NCBI GenBank assembly: GCA_963707915.1
Contig: OY970178.1
Location: forward strand, 96,001 to 160,000
From: Candidatus Eiseniibacteriota bacterium
GTDB taxonomy: Bacteria; Eisenbacteria; RBG-16-71-46
Length of the DNA: 64,000 nucleotides
Reading direction: 5' to 3'
In this document: piece after piece, positions 1 through 10,400 of the stretch
How the letters are laid out: each line of letters opens with the position of its first letter
Position numbering within the stretch: the stretch's first letter is position 1
Program-made: the position numbers and the translations under genes
Notes under the pieces: model-generated
What the model saw: only the letters and a program-made list of their open reading frames with translations
What the model was told of the DNA's origin: nothing
The model's database searches: none

Positions 1-1413
1 CGCGCCGAGCAGCGCGCGGTCGAGGTCGGCGATGATGTCGTCGGGGTGCTCGGCCCCCACGCAGAGGCGGATCAGGTTCGGCGGGATGCCCGCGAGCCGG
101 CGGCCCGCCTCGCCCTGCTGCTGGTGGGTCGAGATCGCGGGGATGGTGGCGACGCTCTTGATCCGTCCCAGGTCGGTCGCGCGCCAGATCCGCTCCAGCC
201 CGTCGAAGACCTTCCGCGTCGTCGCGGCCCCGCCCTTCACGCCGAACGACATCAGGTGCCCGTAGCGGTTGACGGGCTTGCCGTAGAGGTCGTCGTGCTC
301 CGCGTCCACCAGCCACAGGTAGCGGCTGGCCAGCTCGTGCAGCGGGTGGTCCGGCAGGCCGAGGTACTCGACGCGCTCGACCATCGGGTGGCACCTGAGC
401 CAGGCCGCCACCTTCATGGTGCTGCGGCTCATCAGGTCCATCTTCGAGCGCAGCGTGCGCATGTCGTTGAGCGTCATGATCGCCTGCAGCGGGTGCAGGT
501 TCGGGCCGTAGTCGCGGTTCGGCAGGTACTTGATGTAGAGCGCGAAGTCCTCGCGCAGGGCGTCGATCGGGATGTTGGTCACCAGCCCCTTGCGCGCGAT
601 GACCGCGCCGCAGATGCCGAAGCCGCTCGAGGACAGGGTCTTCGACGCCGACTGCACCACGATGTCCGCGCCGTGGCGGATGGGGCGCAGCAAGGCCGGG
701 GTGGCGATCGTGCTGTCCACGATCAGCGGCAGCCCATGCTCGTGGGCGATGTCCGCCACGGCCTGGATGTCGAAGAAGCCCTGCTGCGGGTTGCTCGGCA
801 GCTCGCCGTAGAGGAAGCGCGTGTTCTTGTCGATCTTCCGGGCCCACTCGTCGAGGTCGGTGGGGTCGTGGATCCAGCGGCACTCGATGTCGCGCTCCTG
901 CTGCAGGCGCACGCTGAACTGCTGGAAGGTGCCGCCGTAGCACTGGGCGGTGGCCAGGAAGTTGCGGGGCTCGTGCGCGTCGTGCCGGGTGTGCAGCAGG
1001 AACGGCTGGACGGCGGTCATGATGGCCGCCATGCCGGAGGAGGTCGAACAGCAGGAGGTCTCGCCCTCGAAGCCGTAGCCCTCGAGCAGCGCCAGCGCCC
1101 ACTCGTAGTAGTAGGTGGACGGGTTCGCGATGCGCGAGTAGGTCCAGGAGGGGATCAGGTAGGCGAGCGCCGCCGCCATCTCGTCGGAGTCGCGAAAGGC
1201 CTGGGAGGTGGACATGAAGATGGGCTCGATGATCGAGCCCTGGTAGTCCTCGATCGCGTCCTGCACCGAGTAGAGGCCGTGGACGGCGATGGTGTCGAAG
1301 CGCCACTTCTTCACGACGTCGCGGATGTACGCGGCGCGCCTCGCGAGGTACTCGTCGTTGCGGTCGATGTACGCCTGCATCCCCGGCGTGATCTCGATGT
1401 CTCGGTCGGCCAT
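1..1413 (-). CDS. O-acetyl/O-succinylhomoserine sulfhydrylase-like PLP enzyme (Cys/Met metabolism family); runs off the left edge
   Basis: Read by hand because it is absent from the ORF track. ATG at 1413 gives MADRDIEITPG. Motifs: FDTIAVHG, YSRIANPS, SSGMAAI, YGGT, ELPSNP, VDSTIATP, PLP lysine in QSASKTL, LIRLCVGAEHPDDIIADL. Confidence 0.9.
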   Translation of the reverse strand, partial: MADRDIEITPGMQAYIDRNDEYLARRAAYIRDVVKKWRFDTIAVHGLYSVQDAIEDYQGSIIEPIFMSTSQAFRDSDEMAAALAYLIPSWTYSRIANPSTYYYEWALALLEGYGFEGETSCCSTSSGMAAIMTAVQPFLLHTRHDAHEPRNFLATAQCYGGTFQQFSVRLQQERDIECRWIHDPTDLDEWARKIDKNTRFLYGELPSNPQQGFFDIQAVADIAHEHGLPLIVDSTIATPALLRPIRHGADIVVQSASKTLSSSGFGICGAVIARKGLVTNIPIDALREDFALYIKYLPNRDYGPNLHPLQAIMTLNDMRTLRSKMDLMSRSTMKVAAWLRCHPMVERVEYLGLPDHPLHELASRYLWLVDAEHDDLYGKPVNRYGHLMSFGVKGGAATTRKVFDGLERIWRATDLGRIKSVATIPAISTHQQQGEAGRRLAGIPPNLIRLCVGAEHPDDIIADLDRALLGA

Positions 1414-1534
1414 GGAGCACCTCCGCGGCGATTCTTGGAACGAACGGAAGAGCGTGTAAGATACCTCAGGCGGCGGGGGCGGCGACACCGTTCCCTGCCG
1501 GCGTGGCGGGCCCATCCCGCGGAGAGCCGCAGCG

Positions 1535-2911
1535 ATGACCAGCGAATCCATCCGTTTCACCAGCACCAACCGGGGCGTGCCGCCGGCCGACCTGCGCGGT
1601 GCCCTGCTGCAGGGCCAGGCGGCCGACCGGGGCCTGTTCGTGCCCGCGACGGTGCCGCCGCTGGGCCCCGGGGACCTCGCGTCGCTGGTCGGCCGGTCGT
1701 ACGCGGAGGTCGCCTGGTTCGTGCTGCGGCGCTTCACCGCCGGCGTGGTCGACGACTCGCGGCTGCGGGCCCTGTGCACGGACGCCTACGACTTCGACGT
1801 CCCGCTCGAACGGGTCGAGGGCCGCCGCTGGCTCATGCGCCTCGACCACGGGCCGACCGCCTCGTTCAAGGACTTCGCCGCGCGGATGATGGCCCGCTGG
1901 ATGGGCGCCTTCATGGAGGGCGGGCACGAGGAGTTGGTCATCCTGACCGCCACCTCCGGGGACACCGGCAGCGCGGTGGCCCACGCCTACCACGGCGTGC
2001 CCCGCGTCCGGAGCGTCGTGCTGTTCCCGGTGGACGAGGTCTCCGCGCGGCAGCGCCGGCAGATGACCACGCTGGGCGGCAATGTCACGACCTTCGCGGT
2101 GGACGGCAAGTTCGACGACTGCCAGGCGATGGTCAAGCGCGCCTTCGCCGATCCCGACCTGGCCGGCATCCGCCTGAGCAGCGCCAACTCGATCAACGTC
2201 GGCCGGCTGCTGCCGCAGTCGGTCTACTACGTCTACGCCTACGTCCGGCTCGCCGACGTCGCGGCCCGCGAACCGATGGTCTTCTCGGTCCCCTCGGGCA
2301 ACTTCGGCGACCTGATGGGGGCGGTGCTCGCGACCCGCATGGGCGTGCCCATCCCGCGGGTGGTCATCGCGACCAACGCGAACGACGAGGTCCCGCGCTT
2401 CTTCGCCACCGGCCGCTACGAGAAGATCGTCCCCTCGCGGGTGTGCATCTCGAACGCCATGAACGTCGGGCACCCCTCGAACCTCGCGCGCCTGGTGGAC
2501 GCCTACGGCGGCTGGATGGACGAGACCGGCGCGCTTCGCGAGCCTCCCGACCTGGCCCGGATGCGCCGTGACTTCCTCGCGGTGAGCATCCCCGACGACG
2601 AGACCCGTGCGACGATCCGCGAGGCCTGGCGGCGGCACGAGACCCTGCTGGAGCCGCACGGGGCGGTCGGCTGGGCGGGACTGCAGCGCTTCCTGGCGGA
2701 GCCCGGCTCGCCGGCCGACCCGCTGGCGGTCTCGATCGAGACCGCGCATCCGGCGAAGTTCCCCGAGGAGATCCAGGCGCTGCTCGGCATCGACCCCGTC
2801 CTGCCGCCCAGCCTAGCCGGGATCGAGTCGCGGCCCGAGCAGTACGGACACCTGACCACCGAGTACGCCCCGTTCCGGGACTTCCTGAAGGAGCGCTTCC
2901 TCCGGGCCTGA
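1535..2911 (+). CDS. thrC: Threonine synthase
   Basis: Motifs GLFVP, HGPTASFKDF (PLP lysine), ATSGDTG, SANSINVGRL, VPSGNFG, NAMNVGHPSN, ETAHPAKF. Confidence 0.95.
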   Translation: MTSESIRFTSTNRGVPPADLRGALLQGQAADRGLFVPATVPPLGPGDLASLVGRSYAEVAWFVLRRFTAGVVDDSRLRALCTDAYDFDVPLERVEGRRWLMRLDHGPTASFKDFAARMMARWMGAFMEGGHEELVILTATSGDTGSAVAHAYHGVPRVRSVVLFPVDEVSARQRRQMTTLGGNVTTFAVDGKFDDCQAMVKRAFADPDLAGIRLSSANSINVGRLLPQSVYYVYAYVRLADVAAREPMVFSVPSGNFGDLMGAVLATRMGVPIPRVVIATNANDEVPRFFATGRYEKIVPSRVCISNAMNVGHPSNLARLVDAYGGWMDETGALREPPDLARMRRDFLAVSIPDDETRATIREAWRRHETLLEPHGAVGWAGLQRFLAEPGSPADPLAVSIETAHPAKFPEEIQALLGIDPVLPPSLAGIESRPEQYGHLTTEYAPFRDFLKERFLRA

Positions 2912-2964
2912 AGCGGGTGACACCGGGCACGGCCGCGCCGCACGCCCATCGCGAAGGAGCACGA

Positions 2965-4206
2965 ATGTCGGTCATCAAGCCGTTCCGCGCCTATCGACCG
3001 CGTCCCGATCTGGCCCGCGACGTCGCGAGCTTCCCCTACGACGTGATCAATTCCCAGGAGGCGCGCGAGCTGGCCCGCGGCAACCCGGTCTCGTTCCTGC
3101 ACGTCTGCAAGCCCGAGATCGACCTCGACCCGTCGGTCGACGTGCACGACGACCGGGTCTACGCGAAGGGACGCGAGAACCTCCGCCGGCTCATCGCCGA
3201 GGGCACGCTGGTGCGGGACGCGAGCCCCTGCCTCTACGTCTACCAGCAGCGCATGGGCGATCACGTCCAGGCCGGCCTGGTCACGCTGTGCAGCGTGCGC
3301 GAGTACGAGCAGGACCTCGTCAAGAAGCACGAGCACACGCGTCCCGACAAGGAGGACGACCGGACCCGCCACGTCACCGAGGCCAACGCGAACGCCGAGC
3401 CGGTGTTCCTCGCCTACCGGGCGCGCCGGGAGATCGACCGGATCGTGGACGCCGTGCGCGCCCGCCCCGCCGCGTACGACTTCGTCGCCAGCGACGGCAT
3501 CGGGCACGCGCTCTGGGTGGTCTCCGATCCCGCCGAGATCGCCGCGCTGGTGAAGCTCTTCGCCGGCATCCCGGCGCTGTACGTGGCCGACGGTCACCAC
3601 CGCACGGCCGCCGCCTGCCGTCACGGCCAGAAGATGCGCGCCGCGCACCCGGGCGGGACGGGGGAGGAGCCCTACGAGTCGTTCATGGCGGTGGTGTTCC
3701 CGCACGACCAGCTCAAGATCCTCGACTACAACCGCGTGGTGAAGGACCTGAACGGCCTGCTTCCCGAGGCGTTCCTGGCCAGGGTCTCCGAGCGCTTCAC
3801 GGTGGGCCCGGGACAGGCGGTCACGCCCGCCGTGCCGCACCGCTTCGGCATGTACCTGGGCGGAAGGTGGCACACGCTCGAGGCGAAGCCCGGGACGTTC
3901 GCGGCCGACGATCCCATCCGGGGGCTGGATGTCTCGATCCTGCAGGACAACCTGCTCGCCCCCGTCCTCGGCATCGCCGATCCGCGCAAGGACCAGCGCA
4001 TCGACTTCGTCGGCGGCATCCGCGGCCTGGCCGAGCTCGAGAAGCGCTGCCGGGAGGGCTGGACGGTGGCCTTCGCGATGCACCCCACGTCGCTGGACGA
4101 GCTGATGAAGGTCGCCGACGCGAACGTCGTGATGCCGCCCAAGTCCACCTGGTTCGAGCCGAAGCTGCGCAGCGGGCTGACGGTGAACCTGCTCGACGAA
4201 GCTTGA
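2965..4206 (+). CDS. DUF1015 family protein (ParB/Srx-like DGHHR motif)
   Basis: AAGGAG RBS before ATG 2965. Motifs IKPFRAYRP, PYDVI, KKHEHTRPDKEDDR, LYVADGHHR, MPPKSTWFEPKLRSGL. Confidence 0.88.
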   Translation: MSVIKPFRAYRPRPDLARDVASFPYDVINSQEARELARGNPVSFLHVCKPEIDLDPSVDVHDDRVYAKGRENLRRLIAEGTLVRDASPCLYVYQQRMGDHVQAGLVTLCSVREYEQDLVKKHEHTRPDKEDDRTRHVTEANANAEPVFLAYRARREIDRIVDAVRARPAAYDFVASDGIGHALWVVSDPAEIAALVKLFAGIPALYVADGHHRTAAACRHGQKMRAAHPGGTGEEPYESFMAVVFPHDQLKILDYNRVVKDLNGLLPEAFLARVSERFTVGPGQAVTPAVPHRFGMYLGGRWHTLEAKPGTFAADDPIRGLDVSILQDNLLAPVLGIADPRKDQRIDFVGGIRGLAELEKRCREGWTVAFAMHPTSLDELMKVADANVVMPPKSTWFEPKLRSGLTVNLLDEA

Positions 4207-4230
4207 CGGCGTGCGGGGCCTGCCCGCCGA

Positions 4231-4282
4231 TTGACGCCTCCACCGGGTCTCTCTACACTTGTCCACCCCCGTAGATGGGTGG
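4231..4282 (+). promoter_or_regulatory. Sigma70-type promoter of the efflux operon with a downstream operator-like inverted repeat
   Basis: TTGACG (4231-4236), 17 nt, TACACT (4254-4259). CCACCC-N8-GGGTGG at 4263-4282. Confidence 0.6.
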
Positions 4283-4321
4283 TCCCCGGTGGGGGCGTCC
4301 GCGTTGGCAGGAGGCAGCAGG

Positions 4322-4669
4322 GTGAGGATCGGCTTGCGACTCGTCCGGATCGTGGCGCTCACGCTCGCCGTCGCGTTCCTCGCGACGACGGCGGCGATGC
4401 CGTCCGAGCTCCGTGCGGAGTCGTCTGCCGCCGCGCATCACGACGGCGCCCGCTGCCCCGATCCCGGGCCGGACAGCGCCTCGTGCGGTGCCGACTGCAT
4501 CTGCGCCTGCTGCCCCGGGCAGGCCCCGGTCGCCACGCCGGGCGAGAGCGGTATCGGACCCGCTGCGCGCACGACCTGCGGCCGCCACGCCCCGGCGGAC
4601 GAGGGCCTCCGCTCGGACGGCCCCGGTCGAAGCATCTTCCATCCTCCGCGGCGCCTCGCTCCAGCCTAG
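4322..4669 (+). CDS. Small exported Cys/His-rich protein (CzcI/DUF2946-like) ahead of the RND operon
   Basis: AGGAGG then GTG 4322. Signal-like N-terminus, HHD, CGADCICACCP, C-terminal IFHPPR. Confidence 0.65.
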   Translation: MRIGLRLVRIVALTLAVAFLATTAAMPSELRAESSAAAHHDGARCPDPGPDSASCGADCICACCPGQAPVATPGESGIGPAARTTCGRHAPADEGLRSDGPGRSIFHPPRRLAPA

Positions 4670-4761
4670 GGAGCGGTGGCGGGCGCTCACTCGCGCCCGC
4701 GCCAGAGGCGTAACCGGGCGACCCACAGCGGCTGCCCCATCGCGAAAGCAGGTGGAAACGG

Positions 4762-6069
4762 ATGCGATCGTCCATCATGGGGACGGTCTCGGCGACGAGA
4801 CCGTGCTTGGTTCTTTCGACCCTCGTTCTCGGCCTTCACGTCGCCGTCGTTCCGGCCCGCGCGGCGCCGCCGACGTCTCCGCCGCTGCAGGCGGTTGCCG
4901 CCGCGGACACGCTCCGCGTCGGCTGGAAGGACATCGTCCACCTGGCCGACCGGCATCCCGGCCTCTCTGCGGGGCGCTGGAAGGTCGCCGCAGCCCGTGG
5001 GGCGGCCGCCGCAACCGGCACCCTGCCGAATCCCGCGCTGGACGCCACGTTCACGCGCGGCGAGACCTCCGCGTGGCTCGGAGACCGGGCCGAATGGGAG
5101 ATCGGGCTCACTCTCCCGCTGAGTGGGCTCGCGCGGCGCCATCACCTGGTGCGTGCGGCGAACGCCCAGGTGGAGGTCAGCCAGGAGGAGGCGCGGTCGA
5201 TCCGGAGGGAGGTGCTGCTGGAGCTTCGCCTGCTGTTCTGGGACGTGGCCTGCGGGCAGGCCCGCGTCTGCGTGCTCGACACCCTGAACTCCCGGACCGC
5301 GGAGCTCGCGGGGCTGGTCGCCCGTCGTGTCGAGCGGGGAGAGGCGCGGCCGGCCGAGAAGACCCGCGTGGAGATCGAGCTCGAGAGGGTCTCCGGCGAT
5401 CTCGACGCGAGCCGGATCGCGCTGGCCGCCCGCCGTGAGCAGCTGAAGCGGTGGATCGACGGCGGCGGGCGGGAACTCGTGGTCGAGGCGGAGCCCGACG
5501 ACCTGCCGGACGTCCCCGGCCTGGACTCGGCCCTGGCCGCGGTCCGGGCGAGCCACCCCGCGATCGGCGCGGCGCGCGCGCGGGTGCGCTCGTTCGCGGC
5601 CGAGGCCGGTGCCGAGCGGTGGGCGCGGATCCCGGGAGTGGAGTTGCGGGGCTTCGCCGCACGGGAACCGGACCGCCGCACCGGCGGTGGCGGTGTCGCC
5701 TTCGACCTGCCGCTCTGGGACTGGAACTCCGGACGCGCCGCGCAGGCGGGCGCGCAGCTCGAAGCCGGTCGCATGCTGCTGGAGTGGGAGACGCGCCGGA
5801 CGGAGTCGGCGGTCGTCGAGGCGCACGCCGCGTGCCTCGCCACGACCCGCGCCGTGGCCCGCTACCGGGACCGCATCCTGCCGCGCGCCGAATCCCTGGC
5901 CGCGATCATGGAGAAGACCTACCGGCTCGGCGAGGCCGGCCTGCTCGAGCTGATCGACGCCCGGCGCGTGCTGGTGGAAACGCGGCTGGGCTACCTCGCC
6001 ACGCTGGCCCAGGCGCAATCGGACTGCAGCCGTCTCAGTGCCCTCACCGGGCAGGAGGACACCCCTTGA
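4762..6069 (+). CDS. czcC: TolC-family outer-membrane efflux protein (CzcC-like)
   Basis: Signal peptide, LPNPAL, FDLPLWDWNSG, YRLGEAGLLELIDARR. First gene of an RND triplet. Confidence 0.85.
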   Translation: MRSSIMGTVSATRPCLVLSTLVLGLHVAVVPARAAPPTSPPLQAVAAADTLRVGWKDIVHLADRHPGLSAGRWKVAAARGAAAATGTLPNPALDATFTRGETSAWLGDRAEWEIGLTLPLSGLARRHHLVRAANAQVEVSQEEARSIRREVLLELRLLFWDVACGQARVCVLDTLNSRTAELAGLVARRVERGEARPAEKTRVEIELERVSGDLDASRIALAARREQLKRWIDGGGRELVVEAEPDDLPDVPGLDSALAAVRASHPAIGAARARVRSFAAEAGAERWARIPGVELRGFAAREPDRRTGGGGVAFDLPLWDWNSGRAAQAGAQLEAGRMLLEWETRRTESAVVEAHAACLATTRAVARYRDRILPRAESLAAIMEKTYRLGEAGLLELIDARRVLVETRLGYLATLAQAQSDCSRLSALTGQEDTP

Positions 6070-7403
6070 AGCTCGCCCCGCTCGTCTCGCTCTCCATCGT
6101 CGGGCTCTTCCTGGCCCTGTCCGCCGTCTCGTGCGGACGCCCCGCGGCCAGCTCCGCGCGCAACGCCACGCCTGCCGGGGGGGCCCCGGTGGACTCGGCC
6201 GGCGGCGCCGTCGTGAAGACCGAGGCGCCGGAGCCCTCGGACCTCGACCGCCCCGTCGACGAGCTGTTCAAACTGACCTGCGAACACCGGAAGAAGACCT
6301 TCGAGTGCGACGAGTGTCGATACGAGACGGGGGTCGTTCGAGCACCCGCGAGTCTCTTCGCCGGAGGCCTCCTCAAGGCCCAGCCGATCACCCGCCAGCG
6401 GATCAGGATCTCGCTTCAACTGACAGGCGAGGTGCAGTTCGATGCGCGTCGGGTCTCCCATCTCGGCACGCAGGCCGAGGGAACCGTCCGCGACGTCCGG
6501 GTCGCGCTCGGGGAGCGGGTGAAGCGGGGCCAGGCCCTGATCGAGATCGAGAGCGTGGCGGTCGGCGAGGCCGAGGGAGCATTCCTGGAGGCGCAGGCGG
6601 TGCTGCGGCTCGCCCGGCGCAATCACGAGCGGGTGGCCGGGCTGCGCGCGGAAGCGATCGCCTCGGAACGGGAGTTCCTCCAGTCCCGCCAGGAGCTCGA
6701 GGCGGCCGAGATCCGCGCGGCGTCGACCGAGGGCGTGCTCACGCGTCTCGGTACGACCGCGGCGGATGTGAAGAACCTGAGCCAGGCGTCCGCGCGTGGC
6801 TGCCTGACGCTGCGCGCGCCGGCCGATGGCGTCCTGCTCTCCCTCCACGCGGTCCCCGGTGAGAGGGCGAGGACCGATGAGGACCTGGCGACGATCGGCG
6901 ACAAGTCCACGCTCTGGGTGTGGTGTGATCTCTACGAACGGGACCTCGCCAAGATCCATCCCACACGACTCGTCAGGAACCTGCCGGCGACCGTGTCGGT
7001 CAGGGCGTTCCCGGGCGAGGAGTTCCCGGGCACGCTGGACTTCGTCAGCCCCGCCATGGAGGAGGCCTCGCGAACGGTGAGGCTCCGCGTCCTGGTGAAC
7101 AACCCCGAGGGCCGGCTGCTGCCCGGGATGTTCGCGGACGTGAAGGTCTTCCTGCCCGGTGCGGAACAGGGGCTGGCAGTCCCGCGGGACGCCGTCCTCG
7201 AGGACGCGGGGCGTTCCTTCGTCTTCATCCGGCACCACGGCGAGTACTACGTGCGCCGCCCGGTCACCCTGGGACGCACGTGGGGCGACCGCGTCGAAGT
7301 GGTCAGCGGCCTGCGGGGCGGCGAGGTCGTGGTGGCCGGTGGCTCGTTCCTCATGAAGTCCGACGTCCTGCGCTCGAAGATGGGCGCAGGCTGCGCCGAC
7401 TAG
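6066..7403 (+). CDS. czcB: RND periplasmic adaptor subunit (CzcB/CusB family), probable lipoprotein
   Basis: TTG 6066 after AGGAGG, overlapping the czcC stop. Lipobox LSAVSC, LGERVKRGQAL, LRAPADG, LLPGMF, GLRGGEVVVAGG. Confidence 0.88.
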   Translation: MKLAPLVSLSIVGLFLALSAVSCGRPAASSARNATPAGGAPVDSAGGAVVKTEAPEPSDLDRPVDELFKLTCEHRKKTFECDECRYETGVVRAPASLFAGGLLKAQPITRQRIRISLQLTGEVQFDARRVSHLGTQAEGTVRDVRVALGERVKRGQALIEIESVAVGEAEGAFLEAQAVLRLARRNHERVAGLRAEAIASEREFLQSRQELEAAEIRAASTEGVLTRLGTTAADVKNLSQASARGCLTLRAPADGVLLSLHAVPGERARTDEDLATIGDKSTLWVWCDLYERDLAKIHPTRLVRNLPATVSVRAFPGEEFPGTLDFVSPAMEEASRTVRLRVLVNNPEGRLLPGMFADVKVFLPGAEQGLAVPRDAVLEDAGRSFVFIRHHGEYYVRRPVTLGRTWGDRVEVVSGLRGGEVVVAGGSFLMKSDVLRSKMGAGCAD

Positions 7404-7411
7404 GAGGGGCC

Positions 7412-10400
7412 ATGCGATTCGTGACGTGGCTGCTGAGGAACCGTCTCCTCGTCCTGCTGGCGACGGCGCTCCTGGTCGTCGGAGGGGTCGTGGCGTGGAC
7501 CCGCCTGCCCATCGACGCCTTCCCGGATGTCACCAACACCCAGGTGATGATCCTCTGCAAGGCCCCGGGCCTCGCCGCCGTCGATGTCGAGCAGCGGGTG
7601 AGCTACCCGATCGAACAGGTGATGCGGGGCCTGCCGAAGGTCCGGCAGGTCCGCTCGATCTCGAAGGCCGGCCTCTCCCAGGTCGTCATCATCTTCGAGG
7701 ATGGCGTGGAGACCTACTGGACCCGCCAGGTGGTCTTCGAGCGGCTGGCGATGGCGCGAGAGCAGCTTCCTCCGGGCGTGGACCCCGAGCTGGGGCCCAC
7801 GAGCACCGGGCTGGGGGAGATCTTCCAGTACACCCTCGAGGGCGAGCGGCAGGACCCGATGGAGCTGCGCACGATCCAGGACTGGCTGGTGGCACCGCTG
7901 CTCAAGCCGATCCCCGGCGTGAACGAGGTCAACAGCTTCGGCGGAACCGTCAAGCAGTACCAGGTACTGCTCGCACCGGAGAGGCTGCTCCAGTACGGGC
8001 TCACGGCCGGCGACGTGGTCGAGGCCGTCGAGCGCAGCAATGCCAACGCCGGCGGCGGCGTGATCGTGAGTGGCTGGGAGCAGGTCTACCTGCGTGGGGT
8101 CGGACTGCTCCAGGACGCGCCCGACATCGAGCGGATCGTGCTCAAGTCGGTGGACGGGACACCGGTCTACGTGCGTGATGTCGCCGAAGTGGTCATCGGC
8201 GCGGAGCCCCGGCAGGGCGCGGTCAGCCGTGACGGCAGGGGCGAAGTGGTCGCCGGGATGATCATCATGCTGAAGGGCGAGAACTCGAAGGATGTGGTGG
8301 GCCGGGTCAAGCAGACGGTCGCCAGGATCCAGGGCACGCTCCCTCCGGGAGTGCGCATCAACGTGTTCTACGACCGCACCTCGCTCATCGAGGCCTGCAT
8401 CGAGACGGTCATGAAGGCGCTGCTCGAGGGGGGCCTGTTCGTGATCCTCGTGCTGTTCCTCTTCCTCGGTGAGTTCCGCACGGCCCTGATCGTGGTCCTC
8501 TCGCTGCCACTGACCTTCCTCGTGACCTTCATCGTCATGGGGCGCGTGGGGCTCACCGCCAACTTGATGAGCCTGGGCGGTCTGGCCTTCGCCGTGGGCA
8601 TGGTGGTGGACGCCTCGATCGTCGTCGTCGAGAACGTGCGGCGGCACCTGGCCGAGCGCCGCGAGCCCGCGGAGAAGCGCCGGGTCGTCGCCGAGGCGGT
8701 GCTCGAGGTCGCACGGCCGGTGGCCTTCTCCGTGCTCATCATCGCCATCGTCCTCGTTCCGTTGTTCACGCTCCAGGGGGTCGAGGGCCGGATGTTCGCC
8801 CCACTCGCCTCGACCATGCTCATCGCCATGCTCGTCTCGCTGGGTGTGGCCCTCCTGGTCGTGCCGGCGCTCTCGGAGGTCCTGCTGCGCCAGGTGCCGG
8901 AGCGGGGGTTCGGCTTCGTCCGGAGGATCCGCCGGGGCTACGCGCGGTTGCTGGAACGCGCGATCCGCCGTCGGAACGTGACCCTGGGCATCAGCCTGGG
9001 CGCGCTGGCCCTTGCCGCATGCCTGGCGCCGCTGCTCGGTACCGAGTTCATGCCGGCGCTCGACGAGGGCTCCCTCGCGATCAACGTGCTGCGCCTGCCG
9101 AACGCCTCGCTGGACGGCTCCGTCCGGGTGGCCGAGTTCATCGAGAAGCGTCTGCTCCGGTTCCCCGAGGTGGCGACCGTGGTGAGCAAGACGGGGCGGG
9201 CGGAGATCTCCGAGGACCCCATGGGCCCCGAGCAGACGGACGTGTTCGTCATGCTCAAGCCGCGCCACCGATGGGGCACGGGCCGGAACAAGAGTCAACT
9301 CGTCGCGGCCATCCAGAGGGACCTGGCCGAGATCCCGGGGCTGCGCTACTCGTTCTCACAGCCGATCGCCCTGCGCGTCAACGAGCTCATCTCCGGAGTG
9401 AAGAGCGACCTCGCCATCAAGGTCTTCGGGCCCGACCTGACGATCCTCAAGGGCTTCGCCGACCGCGCGGCGGCCGCTCTCATGGCGCTTCGTGGCGCCC
9501 AGGACGTCAAGGTCGAGCAGGTGTCGGGCATGAGCCAGCTCGACGTGGTGGTCGACCGGGAGGCCGCCGCTCGCCACGGGATCCGCATCGAGACGGTCAA
9601 CGGGGCCATCGAGACCGCGGTCGCCGGCTGCCAGGCGACCACCCTGATCGAGCAGGAGCGCCGCTTCGCGGTGGTCGTCCGCTTCGCGGAGGAGGCGCGG
9701 CGCGGCATCCCCCAGATCGAGCGCCTGCTCGTCCCCGCTCCGGGCGGCGAGCGCGTCCCGCTCGCCCAGATCGCCAGGTTCCAGCTGGTCGAGGCGCCGG
9801 CCCAGGTCAGCCGCGAGAACGGCATGCGCCGGGTCGTGGTCGAGGCCAACGTGCGGGGCCGGGACCTGGGGGGGTTCGTCCGGGAGGTCCAGGCGGCGCT
9901 GGCCCCGCTCGCCGGGACCCTGCCCACGGGCTACTACCTCGAGTACGGAGGCCAGTTCGAGAACCAGCAGCGTGCCATGCGACAGCTCGCGATCGTCGTG
10001 CCCATCGCCCTGCTGCTCATCATGATCCTCCTCTTCCTGGCACTCGGCTCGTTCCGGAGCGCGATCCTCGTGCTCCTCAACCTGCCCTTCGCGCTCGTGG
10101 GCGGCGTCGTCGCAATCGTGGCCTTCCGCATGCCGCTGTCGGTCTCATCCGCCGTGGCCTTCATCGTGCTCCTCGGCGTCGCGGTGCAGAACGGCGTGGT
10201 GCTGGTGTCCTTCTTCCGGCAATTGCGGGAGCGGGGCGAGAGCGTCGAGGACACGGTCCGCAAGGGGTGCGACCTGCGGTTCCGGCCGCTGGTGATGACG
10301 GCGCTCACCGCGTTCATCGGACAGGCCCCGATGCTGGTCGCGACCGGGTCCGGGGCGGACATCCAGCGGCCGCTCGCCGTCGTCGTGATGGGCGGACTGA

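Noticed and set aside
1414..1534. SAM riboswitch or Thr attenuator between the MetY-like gene and thrC
   Set aside because: No S-box consensus or Thr/Ile-rich leader in the 121-nt gap.
46..2571. 841-aa plus-strand ORF
   Set aside because: Antisense/off-frame shadow of the MetY-like gene and thrC; stop codons are scarce in high-GC DNA.
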